Of a stretch of 64,000 bases of DNA, positions 13,883 to 26,665 are shown piece by piece. A program made the position numbers and the translations under genes. Each line of letters begins with the position of its first letter. Position 1 is the stretch's first letter. This DNA is from Epiperipatus broadwayi (taxonomy: Eukaryota > Animalia > Onychophora): NCBI GenBank assembly GCA_028023455.1, contig JAQFVV010000009.1:1364001-1428000 (forward strand), given 5' to 3'. The notes under the pieces were generated by a model that was given only the letters and a program-made list of their open reading frames with translations, was not told where the DNA came from and did not search any database.

Positions 13883-14249
13883 CTAAACATCCCATGATCA
13901 CCATCTCTATACTAGCACATAATTGTCGTAAACAAAGGCAAAACTCTCCATACAGTAGTGCCACCCTGTGCCAACAGAGTAATCAATGGATGCCAGAAGG
14001 CTTGTGCATAAAATCCCTATCTAGTGCCTACTCACCCAATATCCACAGGAGGGTTGCATTAGATCCTAAGATCTAGGTGCAGTGCTCTCAGATCCAAGGC
14101 TCCTCACTGATGATGGCCACAAGACAGAAACTAGTCTGTGGATATTGGATAAGTAGGCACTAGATAGAGATTTTATGCACAAGCCTTCTGACATCCATTG
14201 ATTACTCTGTTGGCACAGGGTGGCACTACTGTATGGAGAGTTTTGCCTT
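13883..14249. mobile_element. Family-B HHR element (retrozyme-like), foldback copy
   Basis: 13-bp TSD aatttatgaacta at 13870-13882 and 14250-14262. Inverted arms ~13936-14048 and 14136-14249. Confidence 0.85.
14101..14142 (+). ncRNA. Minimal type-I hammerhead ribozyme (family B)
   Basis: TCCTCA-CTGATGA-TGGCCACAAGACA-GAAA-CTAGTC-TGTGGA. Core intact and stem III is the palindrome ACTAGT. One mismatch each in stems I and II. Confidence 0.75.
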
Positions 14250-15885
14250 AATTTATGAACTATATAATACTACATATTTTTAACTTGATTCGCGATCAAC
14301 AGCTTTTTTTTTTTCCCTTTCCAGTCTCATTTATTTTTATATTTCTACTCATATATTACAGAATAAGTGGTCGAAAACATTATGCATAAATTGTATGATT
14401 AAAACATATTAATTATTTCTTTTTTAAGTTTCATGGGCAATTTCTTTACTATATATATATATATATATGTATTTACACATACATTCAAGTCTTTAGTAAT
14501 TAACTCACATATGTTTATGCATATATTGCCCTTTACAGTACACAACAAATGTTATTATCAAATATATATATCAACTTTTATTTTTATTCAGCTTTTCACA
14601 CCTTGACTAATGTGGGCTGCAGTTGGGTTCATATGGTTATAATATATATATATTTCACTTGATGGTTATTCCATTTTCAACCATTATGTTGAATATATAT
14701 ATAACTATTACATATATTTATAATCGCATAACATTTGGAATTAATGTAACATCTTGACAAGATACAATTTTGAATGAAGGTCAATTAGATGAAAATAAAA
14801 GTATAATCATAATGTATGGCTGTCTATTAAGTTGATTACGTTTGTGTAATTCAATTCAGTAGGAATATATATATATACACACACAGTGAATTGAAAAACA
14901 TTCCATTTTTCATTTATTTTTAGTAGTTATTTAAATATCGCAAATTGATGGTGCTGAATTTATCAATGATAAAAGGATAATATATATATATATAATGTGG
15001 TTGTTTGATTTAGTGTTCAATCAGACATAGCAACAACAAAAAAGTAAACTAGATGATGAAAAAGTGTAGATATTTCATATTTTCAGTAAATGTACCTTTT
15101 TTTTTTCAGAATTATTGGAATCCTTATCACAGCTTTTATATTCAAAAATGAATTTAAAAAATCATAACTTTTTTTTCATACAAGAATAACTGACAGAGGG
15201 TTTCACTTGGCAGATTAATAGCTAATCCAGCTCTGTTGTTAAGTTTCCCTAAATACAAACTGAATTCTCTATATATAACAATGTTACCTGTCCCTACATA
15301 ATTTTGCTAATCTTTAACTCGCAATAGAAACGTTCATTGTTGCTGTTGTCATTTATTTAATATTTTTGCAGCATCTTATAGCATTATCTCATGACAGATT
15401 TTGCCAATTGTACTTGAATTTTAATGCATATGGACTACAATTTATTATGAGACCTATTAGTGGTTCATAGGCTTGTGACTTTTTTGAAATATCTTGTTCT
15501 TAGATGTGTTAATAACATCAGTAAAGCTAACTCCGTATATTTTATAATTTACACACCATGTTTGTCTTTTAATTTTTTACAATTTACATATGATTTACTC
15601 CACCTTTAATGATTTTAGTTCAGCTGTCACTTTATTTGAGAGATTATTTTTTTGTTGAACAGTATATTTATTTCTTTTATAATAAAATTATATATATATA
15701 AAAGAATGAAGTATTGGAATTAAAATAATACTATTATTGTAATGTAATACTTTAATACTATTATTGCAATGTAATATTTTACCCTATATAGTAAATGTCT
15801 ATTTGTAAAATAAAACAAAAAATATATAGTATTTTCATTAATTAATTGATGATTGATTAAATTTATTGTTTTATTTTTATTGCAG

Positions 15886-15954
15886 GATATTCTAATTGGA
15901 AGTATTTTGGCAATTAGTGGCAATCTTTTAATTAGTCTTTCATTAAATCTTCAG
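15886..15954 (+). CDS. NIPAL2/3-like: NIPA-like Mg2+ transporter, coding exon (DILIGSILAISGNLLISLSLNLQ)
   Basis: ttgcag acceptor and gtgaga donor, 69 nt, phase 0/0. The peptide resembles TM1 of NIPAL2/3 ([23 protein letters not shown]) and joins in frame to the next exon. Confidence 0.9.
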
Positions 15955-17365
15955 GTGAGAAAATAATCTTTTTTTTTTTTTTGTAAATATGTTTCACATT
16001 ATTAAATTATTAACAAACTTAATTTTATTACTTTACTTAAAAATTAACATTAAATTTTGAACTACTTCTTAAAATACTTATTTACAATTATGTTAAAAAT
16101 TATATTTATCTCAATTTCTTAATTAACTAAAATTCTTGAAGTTATTAAGACTGACATTTCAGAAAATTGTATTTTAATCTTATTAATATAATAATAACAA
16201 GAAGCATGTAGAAGTAATGTCAATATGGATCTCTAGAAATTGACAAATTATAATATAGATAAAATTACAAGATGATTTATAACAGTTCCACTAACAATTT
16301 ATTTGATTAACAGTTTTTACTTAATCTTGAATATGTATTTATTTTAAAAAGAAAAGAAAAAGAAATTCAGTGCATTAAATAAATTAATATATTCAAACAC
16401 TTTAAAGTTCAAAAAAAACTCACACATTTAAATAAATATTTTGAATCAGGCCATGCCTATACTTTTCTGACCAATGCGATATTAAGTTACTAGGTATTCA
16501 ACCAAAGTAAAATTTGTAAGATGTTAAAACTTTTTCAAATTTAACTTTTAAGAGACACTTGGCATTTGTGCATATGTACAAATCTGTAAGTTAGTAAGAT
16601 AAAAATGCTCTGATTTTATTATTTTAATCCAGCTTATTTTTTCCCAATTAAAAAAAAAAACCTTGTGTTTTTGCTGAAATCAATTTATATATTAAAAAGA
16701 GTGAGGGGAGGGGATCATTATTTCTATATCAGTTTGCAATAGTTTAGTAATTTTTTAATTTTTTTTTTAATATTATATAATCAAGCATTCATTTGAAGTG
16801 ATGTCAGTTCTAATCATCATGCTTAATACATTTTACTATGATTGCCATATTTTAACTAACTTTTTTTGTTAGCTAATTTGAAGCACCTCTAGCATTTCAC
16901 ATAAATATAACAGCCATCTGACTTATATATTGTAAATCCGATAGCTGTTTTATATGCATGGATTGATTGTTGACAGTATTCCAGATCATTTGACAAAGAA
17001 AGTTAATCCTGAAATGTATATTTACTGCAAAAAGATTTGTCCATTTTTTCTTGTAGTATGGTAACCATTGTGAAAAATGTATTAGACACAATTATTGGAA
17101 CTGACATTTCTTTAAATAAATTGGCAAATATATATCTAACAATAAATCATTTTAAATTCAGGCAAGTTTATAGTTATCAAATTTTTGTACAGTATAGTTT
17201 TTATTATTTTAACTCTCATCAGAAATACATTTTTTATATACTATAGAGTATTCTATTAATAAAACTTAAAACTAGCATTTCTATAACATTATTATATTAT
17301 TAAAATATATAAATCAATAATATTAACAATCTATAAAATGCTATGAAATATATAAATCCATATAT

Positions 17366-17475
17366 TTTCAAACTTCCTTTAGCCATCCAATCTATCTCAT
17401 ATGATCAATACACATGACCACACACATGTGTATTGATTGTGTAAGATAAGAATGGATGGCTGAAGAGACTTTGAA
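17366..17475. repeat. 110-nt imperfect hairpin (inverted repeat, ~50-bp arms)
   Basis: tttcaaa..agccatcc..atcaatacacatg - accacaca - catgtgtattgat..ggatggct..tttgaaa. Confidence 0.7.
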
Positions 17476-18399
17476 AGTCTGTGTTCAATCCTCTATATTA
17501 CATCTAAACTCCAGGTATATAAAATATACTGGTATTACAAATCCCTATATTGCAAATTAATTAAGAATATAAATATCATATACATATATAAATTAATAAT
17601 ATATTTTTTTATAACATATAAAATAAAATCTTAAATACAATATATAATCATGATATATAACTACTACATATATTTATAATCATCAACAATCAAATATAAA
17701 ATATTTATTCAATTTATAATGACCATGTTTTATTTAAACTGTCTTCCATATAAAGGTAGCCAACTTTTTAAGGTATCAAAACATTTTTGTATATTTGATT
17801 TTATAAATAATGATTCATAATGTTTTTTGACTATTTTATTATATATACTAATGATTTTATAATTTGTTTACAGTTTACTTTATAATTTGTATCCATAAAG
17901 TGCATAAATGGTGCTGATTTTGTCTCATGTCATCATATAGTTTTGATATGTTATTTTCCTTTCATTGATTTTGCTATATTGTTAAAAGTTCATATCTTGA
18001 ACATAATTATTTTATATATTGTACCATTTTTTCTTTGTTTATTATCACTTTATCTAGTGTTGTTTATTAAATAAGCAAGTTTTTATTTACTCATGCTTTT
18101 CTATAATATTTTATTTCATTTTTATTATTTTACTTTATATTTTTTCACAATATGATTCTATTTTTCCTATATATGATAATATGCATGAATAATAATAAAT
18201 TTATAATCTTAAAACAATATAAAAAATTTTGCTGTAAGATGTATAACAAAAATTGATTCATTGCAATCATTATATCACAATTAAAAATTTTAGGCAAAAA
18301 AAGATATTAACACAAGATTTAAATGATAATTATAATTTTAAAAAAAAGTTTTGCATTAATTTTATATATTAAAAATAAAATGTCAAACTAATAAATATA

Positions 18400-18880
18400 T
18401 AGAAATGATTACTTGCACTCTTACCTGTTAATCTTTTCTCACTTTGCTTCATAAATGGATATAGTTATTTCTCCTTTCCTCTTCCCTTTCTCTTTGTTAT
18501 ATGACCATATCTATATTACGTCTTTATAATTTTCTTGATAAAATGTCAATTTTATTTGAAAAATCTTATATGTTCCAACATACATAGTCTGTTTTCTGTA
18601 ATCATTTTTCTAAATTCAATCTTTCTGAATTCTTAACTTTCAAATTTTGTAGCAGTATTTTTTTATGTTAAGTGGAGGTAGGGGAAGTCTGGCTCTACTT
18701 AGTAATCCCCAAGTTGGAGGACCCTATATCTTATTTAGTTGGATCACTTTGATTTTATTTGTCCAGCTTGGGTGACCCTTTTATAAGCTTTTGTTTCTGC
18801 CAGCATAGTTCAAGATTCACTATGATACCCAAGTCTTTTTATTTAATAGTGATCTTCAAAAAGATAACTAGTTATCCAAG
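18400..18880. mobile_element. Decayed RTE-like LINE fragments
   Basis: Minus strand near 18420-18660 resembles the RTE C-terminus (..YGHI.KR.....KR..G). 18685-18860 is a GC-richer ccccaagttggaggacc...cttgggtgaccct...gccagcatag segment reminiscent of RTE-type ends. Weak. Confidence 0.3.
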
Positions 18881-19159
18881 AAGATGTATAATTGTTTAAA
18901 AGTGGAATTACAAAAAGTTGTTTTAGTAATAACTTTTTAAAACATCAAAGTAAAAGTCATTATAACCTGAATTTATTTTTTATTTGAAACTTGTGACTTT
19001 TATAAATTAATAAAATAAAAAAATTCTGAAGATGATATAACATTTTATTATAATATATTATCCTTTGCAACAAATTGGAAAATAGAACCTGTTTAATTTT
19101 AGAAATAAAAAAGTTATATATACAATATTACAGTTTTTTTTTTTTTTTAATGTGTCAAA

Positions 19160-19231
19160 GCATTGGCAGGGAAGTGAACCCTGGGACAATTGCTTGTAAG
19201 GCAGTTGTACTAACCATTTGGTCACCAATGC
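19160..19231 (-). pseudogene. tRNA-Gly(TCC)-derived pseudogene/retrocopy; anticodon now reads TAC
   Basis: GCATTGGTGACCAAATGGTTAGTACAACTGCCTTACAAGCAATTGTCCCAGGGTTCACTTCCCTGCCAATGC aligns to eukaryotic Gly-TCC (GCGTTGG...CTGCCTTCCAAGCAG...CCAACGC). An A-run follows about 10 nt downstream on the minus strand. Confidence 0.7.
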
Positions 19232-19479
19232 TTGATAATTTATTTATTTTTAATTCATTATTGATAATGAAGAATCAAGTTTTTGTAATATAATTGATGG
19301 TACATTCACCTACCTGCCTTTGCCATAATCTGATCTGGGCAATTCTCTAGATATATTTTGTTTCCAAATAAGCTTATAATTTTTATTTTTTAGATAGCTG
19401 ATCTGTAGTTGCTTTTTTTACTAACCAATAGGGAAATATAAGTACCTAATTACTTTTCATTAGAAACTAAAACAAGAAT

Positions 19480-19632
19480 GAAAAACTGAAAAAAATTATC
19501 ACATTCTGGCAAGTAGATCTGGTAATTAATGCTTGCTCATATATTATTCCTCTATGGAAAACTGAAAAAAATTATCACATTCTAGCAAGTAGATCTGGTG
19601 ATTAATGCTTGCTCATATATTTATTCCCCTAT
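19480..19632. repeat. Tandem duplication, ~76-bp unit x2
   Basis: gaaaaactgaaaaaaattatcacattct(g/a)gcaagtagatctggt(a/g)attaatgcttgctcatatat occurs twice. Confidence 0.85.
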
Positions 19633-21735
19633 ATGAGGGATGTTAGAGAAAACTGGCTTGCAGTGGGGGTATATAAAAAAACTGCTTTATATACTGTAAT
19701 AGTTTGAAGCATTTTTTGAATTACAAGGCTTCCTTGGAACCCATATTATTAAAATCAGCTTCATGTGACAAAATGATTTGTAAAATATATAGATTACAGC
19801 ATGTGTGCATACTTATTAGATATATATGCATAGTACTTAGTTATATCAGTTTAAAAAAGAAAGTGGTTTATAGATTTAATAAATTCATTAAACATTTTGC
19901 ATTTTGTAAAAAAAAAAATGTATTACATAAAATTAAAAATGATAAAATTATAATTCATCTAATGAAAGAAAGTAAAGAGAAAATAGTTAATTTATTTAAG
20001 TTTACTGTAACACATTAATAAATGTGTAATTTTAGAAAAGATGTACTGTATTTTATAACTTTTCAGATTTTTCTTTCTGGAAAAGGCATAATAAAATAAA
20101 TAGCCTTTTTTTTTTAGGAAAATTTGATGATAAATCCAGATATTTTCTTGAAAATTATATAGAATTAAAATCAGAAAAGCTAAAGAATGGATTTCAAAAG
20201 ATCGAACATAATTTTTTTTACTTTTTTTTTTTTTATCTTTTCATTCTTCATTAATGAAAGTCATATTGTAACAATTTGGAAAACAACTATTCCCTAAAAC
20301 CTGAATGTGCAAGAAACATGTTGTCCATAATTAAAATATTTTATTCATATTTGAGATAAAGAAATTTTGGAAATTGTGAGTTAATTAGTTTGTTCAGTGT
20401 AATTAACATGTTTATCAAGAAAACAAAAATAAATATCTTAAAGTCATAGGACAATAGAATATAATATCCTTGCAATAAGCAAAAAGTATACATATGTCTG
20501 AAAATAATTTTGAATGAGAAAGGAGAGAAAATGCAAGAGAGAAAAAGAGCAATTGTTACCAGCAAGAAAGGATAAATGAGTATAATCAGGCAAAGAATAA
20601 ATCTGATGTGGTAGCTATTGTAATTTTACCTCTAGTAAAAAAGGAAGGCCACTAGGTAAAATATTTTCCCATTAGATTCTGGTGGTAGAATAGCTTTATA
20701 TTGCTGATTAATGCCTGACTGTTTAAAAAGTATTTTTTAATACTGCATCTAACTCAACAATTATGACAATATTTGCTACCAGAAGAATATTTGCCATGTG
20801 CAACTAAAGAATTGGAAGCACACCAGTCAATATGTATTTTTATTCAGATTTAAACATTGATCATGCTTTAGGATAGAACTTCATCTATTTACAGGAAGAA
20901 AATCATGCCATAAGAAAAGAAGAGGAATCAATCTAAGTCCTATCATGTACTTACCTATAGTAAGTGAGACTCATTTTTTTTATCTACAGTCATTAATGCT
21001 CAAGAATATTAACTGAAATATCGAAAGACTGAATTTTTATAGACTTTATTTGCATATCAGGTAGGCTCATAAGCTTACAATATGAATAAAACCATGATTA
21101 AAAACGTTAATTATAAGATTCTTCTTTTATATTCAAATATAAGGCCTTAGAATTATTATTAGTAAGCATTTGCGTATATTTATAATTACATTTAAATTTA
21201 ATATTTGTAACTATTTGTTACTTTCACTATTTTATACTTTATTTATTTTATGATTTTAAGGTGTTGTGAATATATACAAAACAATTTTATTTTATTTACT
21301 TTGTGATTATCATAAATGTGTTTGTTTGTTATTGTTTTGCTGTTTGGACACATTTCAAACAAATACACTCAATATATCACTAAACCCAAGAAATTCAATC
21401 CTGTGGAAGACTAGAGTAATGAATGTACGTTGAAATAATGATAATTATTGATAATGATTTTTCCAGAAATATTCTTTCTATAAAGAAAGTAACACTTAAC
21501 GCTAATTTTGATTGGGTCTTAAAAAAAAAAACAAACAAACAAAAAAATGCTTCTAGAACACTTAGGCTGACTTTAACTTTCTGAATGCTGATGACATTTT
21601 GATCATCTTCACTGCAGTGTTGTGCTTAAAATGAACTGTTACATTTTGGTATTACAAGCTTTGTAATGATAGAATACTATTAACAATATATATATATTCT
21701 TGAAATTTTTGCTAAATTTTTTTGTAATTTTTCAG

Positions 21736-21907
21736 AGAAGTATTCACAAAAAGAATGCGGACCTGGAAGTGAGTATACATTATTTGAAAAGGCCTTTATG
21801 GTGGGCAGGTTTACTTCTTATGGGTGTAGGAGAATTAGGAAATTTTACTGCTTATGGTTTTGCTCCTGCTTCTCTTGTAGCACCATTAGGTACAACCACA
21901 GTAATAG
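21736..21907 (+). CDS. NIPAL2/3-like: NIPA-like transporter, coding exon ([57 protein letters not shown])
   Basis: ttcag acceptor and gtaagt donor, 172 nt, phase 0/1. Carries the NIPA family signature WWxG...GExGNFxAYxFAPxSLVxPLG. Confidence 0.95.
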
Positions 21908-22300
21908 GTAAGTTGTTATCAGTTTAAATTTTTTTATTGTTTGTTTCTAATATTAAAAATAAACACAATTTTTATTCTTTTCAAATCTAAGTTCAAAAAA
22001 TGAATTAAATTCTCTTTATGGTTCTATGAAAAGTGTGCATGAGATTTTATTTATTACTATCTTATATATATAAAATATCCTTCATATAAAATATAGCAAT
22101 TGAAGTGCTTACTTTTTAAGTCAGTCTATAAATGTTTTTTTTTTTTAAAGAACAAAGACATTATAGCTATTAGTTGCTAATTTTTTCCAAAATGACAATT
22201 TTTTTTAGTATATGGGTAACTTAAAATGTTATGTACAAAGTTCTCGGTCTTTCACAATTATGAATTTATTTTATAAAATAATAATTTTTAAAAAACGTAA

Positions 22301-23430
22301 TGTTTTCCTGAAGGTTTGTGACGATGGTATTTTAGATGTGACATGTTGGACTATTTCCATCATCTATCATTAAATGTTGAATGTCCAGAAATTTTAAACT
22401 TTATTTAAATTTTTCTAAATACAAACAACTATTAGTAATTGTCATATTTGACCTTGCCTTCAGAAGTGGACTAGTCTAGATTACTTCTACTTCATTATCT
22501 GATCGTATTGAGCACTCATTGCCACTAACCAATGTGTAAACATATGTGTAATCAATGTATAAACATGGCCAAAGGGTAAAACATAACTATGGCTAATGTC
22601 TAAACATGTTGATAAATATACCATTGGTTAGTAGGCAGGGATGCTCTTGAATCTGATTGCTTCCAGTAAGTTAGGGGATCTGGCAATAAATAGTCAGCCT
22701 TTTTGGAGGCAAGCAGAAACAGAGAGGGATAACATCTGTCTAACCTGAATGACTGAACATGCTCTCAACTGAAACCACTTTCAATTGTGAAGGTATTTCT
22801 ATTATAGTCATTACCAATATATCTTCGCAGTGAGACAAGTCCACAAATAGGACTGGAAGCTGCTACAACTACCACCAACTTGAGGCAAGCTATCCAATAC
22901 AGCTAGAAGTGTCTTGATTAAAACTTGAGGAAAGCTGTCCAGTACAGCCAGAAGAGTCTTGACTAGAACTCATTGGGCAAGCTAATATATTCAGGTGGAA
23001 GTGAGTCTGGCGTGACCAGCACAGTATTGACTACGTTTATCTACGTACAACTGTATTTATTGAGAGTTCATATTTTTATTGACATCACTGTTGGTTTGAG
23101 TCTGAAACCTGCAATTCAGACCTAACACAACAGTAATAATACACAAAGACAACACAAGTTAGAAGATTACACAATATTTTGAGGGTATTATTATCCGCTC
23201 TCTTTAAGTGTTGCTGGCCTGATCAGTGATAATGCTAGCATAGGAGTTGAACATACATCTTTAGATTCTTAACTATCGAATTTTAAGATAATGCTGTATT
23301 CTGTGTTATCTTTGTGTGTTATTACTAATAGTTGTTTGTATTTATAAAAGTTTAAATAAAGTTTAAAATTTTCTAGATTTAATAATAGATGGTGGAAATA
23401 ATCCAGTATATTATCACATTTAAAAATATA
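22301..23430. mobile_element. PLE family A terminal-repeat foldback, interrupted by a solo LTR
   Basis: 22301-22439 and 23133-23294 are the reverse complement of the PLE-A 3-prime end (HHR-like stretch ~23185-23215, partial tRNA-like module). 23320-23430 is the re-inverted arm. Confidence 0.7.
22440..23132. mobile_element. Solo LTR (693 bp)
   Basis: TG...CA termini (tgtcata...cacaaca) and a perfect 5-bp TSD gtaat at 22435-22439 and 23133-23137. Internal 44-bp tandem repeat at 22877-22965. Confidence 0.8.
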
Positions 23431-25477
23431 GTTGTTTTGATTTCTTATAATTTTTTTATTATTAAACCTTTGTAAGCAGTTTTATTATTTTAATAGTTAA
23501 AACACCTCACATAGTTTAATATTAAAAATATTATAAAACAAATCTAAACAACAGTGTATTTTTTTTTAATATATAATTTAATTTTTATATTAGAAAATGT
23601 AAGAATATCCACTCTTATTTAAATCTTGCTTTAAATATGGAAAAACTTAATATTTGACAAATGTCAATGATTAATAAAGTAATTTGTTTCTAGTGTGTGC
23701 CTTGTATTTTTCAGTTTTAGAATTTGGGTTGTTGTTGTTTTTTTGTCAAATAAATTAATATAAATACCTCATAAATAATATTTAAAATTTTGTTGAGTAT
23801 TTTTAATTGAAGGAGTTGATCTCATTATTCTTCATAATAAGATGGTTTAATAATGATATTATTATATAAAAAGTAAAACTCTGCATAGTCTTGCATTCAT
23901 AGAATGATGGGCTCTAGATCTCAAAATCAGTTTTCAAACTTTATATGAATTCCAGAGCAACAAATTGATTGTTTTATCCATGTTTTAAATAAGTTAAATA
24001 ATAATAAAGATAAATAATGGACTCAGCATATTTAAGAGCAGGATAACTTCTTCACCAATGATAACAATATTAAAAATTTATGATCAATTCATAAACATTC
24101 ATCAAACCACAATATTTATCGGGAATCTTTGCTTTTTAGTTAAGAATAGTTAATAACTATCTATTGCCTAACTAAATTGTCTGTGGGCTATCAAAAAAAA
24201 AATGTCCAAATTTCATGTGAATTCAAACTTTTACACTACAAGAATAATTATGGAATATGTAGCTGCTAATTCTCATTTGAATTTGAGTATTACCTAGCAC
24301 TGATTGTATTACTTTATTTTCAGAAACAAATCATATGAAACAGTTTACTTTTTATAGTTTTGCTACAGGAGTAAATATTTAGCAAAGTACATAATATTTG
24401 AAAGATCATTCTAGAAATGTAAAAAGTATCATGGTGAATACAAATTTAGATAACCACATAAGATTATAAGATTGGAAAATACTAACCTAAACAGAGAATG
24501 TTAAGTAAGTAAAAAATGATGTGCAGCATTAGTTCATTTTGAAGCAGATTTTGATGGAAAAAATATTGAAAAAGAAAAAAAAGAGTATAATGAGATCACA
24601 ATGATCATCATATATAACTTTTTCTAGAATAAATTCAAAAATGTTTGAATAATAGAAATATAAGCTTAGGAAATGTTTGGATATGGAGATAATTTACTTC
24701 TAGAAATCGTATGCTACATAATACTACATAGAAAGAAGGTATAACATATAAAAAGAGGACAAAATTATTTTTAGTACTAATCATGAAAAGATTAAGCGTA
24801 AAAATTAAAGAACTATTGCACTGATAAAAATTTTTGTGTAAGCTCTAATGAATATCCTAGATGAAGTGATTAAAGATTCAAAGAGAAGAATATTTTGCTG
24901 ATAACCACGCTGCATCTACACATATCATGTATTTTATCACTCTATCTTATTGCATAAAAATCTAGAAGAATGAATGAATAGTGCACACACACTTTTATCA
25001 TAAAAATATTTTGTATGTGTGAAAAAATTGCAATCATTACAAAAATATTTAATAAATTATTTAATAAATTTTTTTGCTTAAAATAGTATTCAAACTATGT
25101 TTTCAGCTTGAAATTCCATAAATGAAAATGTACATTTAATTTATGCAAACTATTGTGTGTGTTGTTATTGAAGATGACTGAATATAGTGTATTTTAATTT
25201 TTGGCATTTCAAAATTAAAAGCATGTTTTAGATTAATATTTTTTTTATCATTATAGTATATATAAACATTTATTAAAAGTATTATAATTTATAGACTTTC
25301 CTTGTAGTAACATGTTTTCAAATAATGTATACAATTATTAAATTAATTGAAAGCTATTAGATATAAGCAGTGTATAAATTTATGTAATATCATTAGTAAA
25401 CTTATATGAATATTTGGAGAAGTCTTTGTCCTGTAATGAATTACTTAAAGATTATATGCATATATATATATATATAT

Positions 25478-26665
25478 TGTAATGGAAACCTCCCCCCTTC
25501 TTTTTTTTTTGCCTTAAATTTTTTTTAACATTTGAAGTAATTTGTATTGGGAAATTTATAAGTTTGAAACAAAACTTTTATCCGTTTCTTATTACTATTT
25601 TCTTTTGACACTTATAATTTAAGTTATTAGCTCTTACTTCAATGTTAATTGTTTATTTTGTGATCCCATTACACAAGCAGAGTAGTAAATATGATTAATA
25701 TTTACATACCAATCATATCCCTGGTCAGACTGAGATTTAATAAAAATATTAAACTGACAGTCATTTTTTTAGACTGAGGTAACTCTCTCCGGCTGCATAA
25801 AATGTGAAACATCTCATGGGGATTATTTATAATGTGATTAAACCCTGGGTGCCATCCAATACTTAAACTGGAACCCATGAAATGTCATTAACATGTTTCA
25901 AATGCTTGACCCTTGGCTAGTTCTTAAACCTGAGACCGGCAACACATTTACTTAGATAAATGGAGAGAGAGATGTAAACGATGCTAATAATTTACATACA
26001 TTTAATTAAAAGACAATAATAACAAAAATAATAAAATTTAAAAACACATAAGAGATATTCAACATTTAATACAAATATGCATGCTTCTGTGTGTTATCTA
26101 AAGTTCTATTCAGGGGAAGATTTTAAAGTTTAATACTAGATCTAGCACAGTCTCTGGGTTTTCATATGTGGGTATCACCCTATTTCTGATCTGATTATAT
26201 TCCTGGTAAGCGAGTATTTCAGCAGAAGTGAAGCTTCTTCTTCTTCTTCTTGGTTCTGTGTCCTATGGTGTGAGATGTTTCCCTTGATTTGGCATGGCGG
26301 GTTCAAACATTGGCAGAGGGCGAGTCAGAGCAATAGATCACGGCATTTGGCTAATGGCTCATAGGAGACGAGCGGGGGAAATTAGCCGAACACCAGCTTT
26401 TGGATCTAGCCACTCATTTCTCTTATGATACGATAGGAGAATAGATTCATCATGCTGGACTTTTAGCAGCTCATTGACTTTGTTCACTGCTACTGGTTGA
26501 TCTTGGTTATATTTTTAACCATTTTCTATAAAACTTTCTGAATAATCTGAAGTCTGAATTTTGGAGTCTGAAATCTGAAATCTGAATGATAACAATAGAG
26601 AATGTTAGCTTTTTATACATTCTGACCCCACCTTTGTTCAAGTTTTCATCCACGCTATCAATACA
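25478..26665. mobile_element. LTR-like, GC/CpG-richer segment
   Basis: Starts tgtaatgg, has ccattaca at 25666-25673 and ends near ...caataca. Composition contrasts with the flanks. No TSD found. Confidence 0.3.

Larger units (their letters stand above)
13015..14640. repeat. Unclassified dispersed repeat, copy 2, carrying a family-B insertion
   Basis: Direct repeat of 9340-10620. The extra segment 13883-14249 is absent from copy 1. Confidence 0.7.

Noticed and set aside
17458-17483. ctgaagagactttgaaagtc as an HHR
   Set aside because: Only 6 nt separate the two boxes, there is no stem I partner, and the mirror arm lacks the core.
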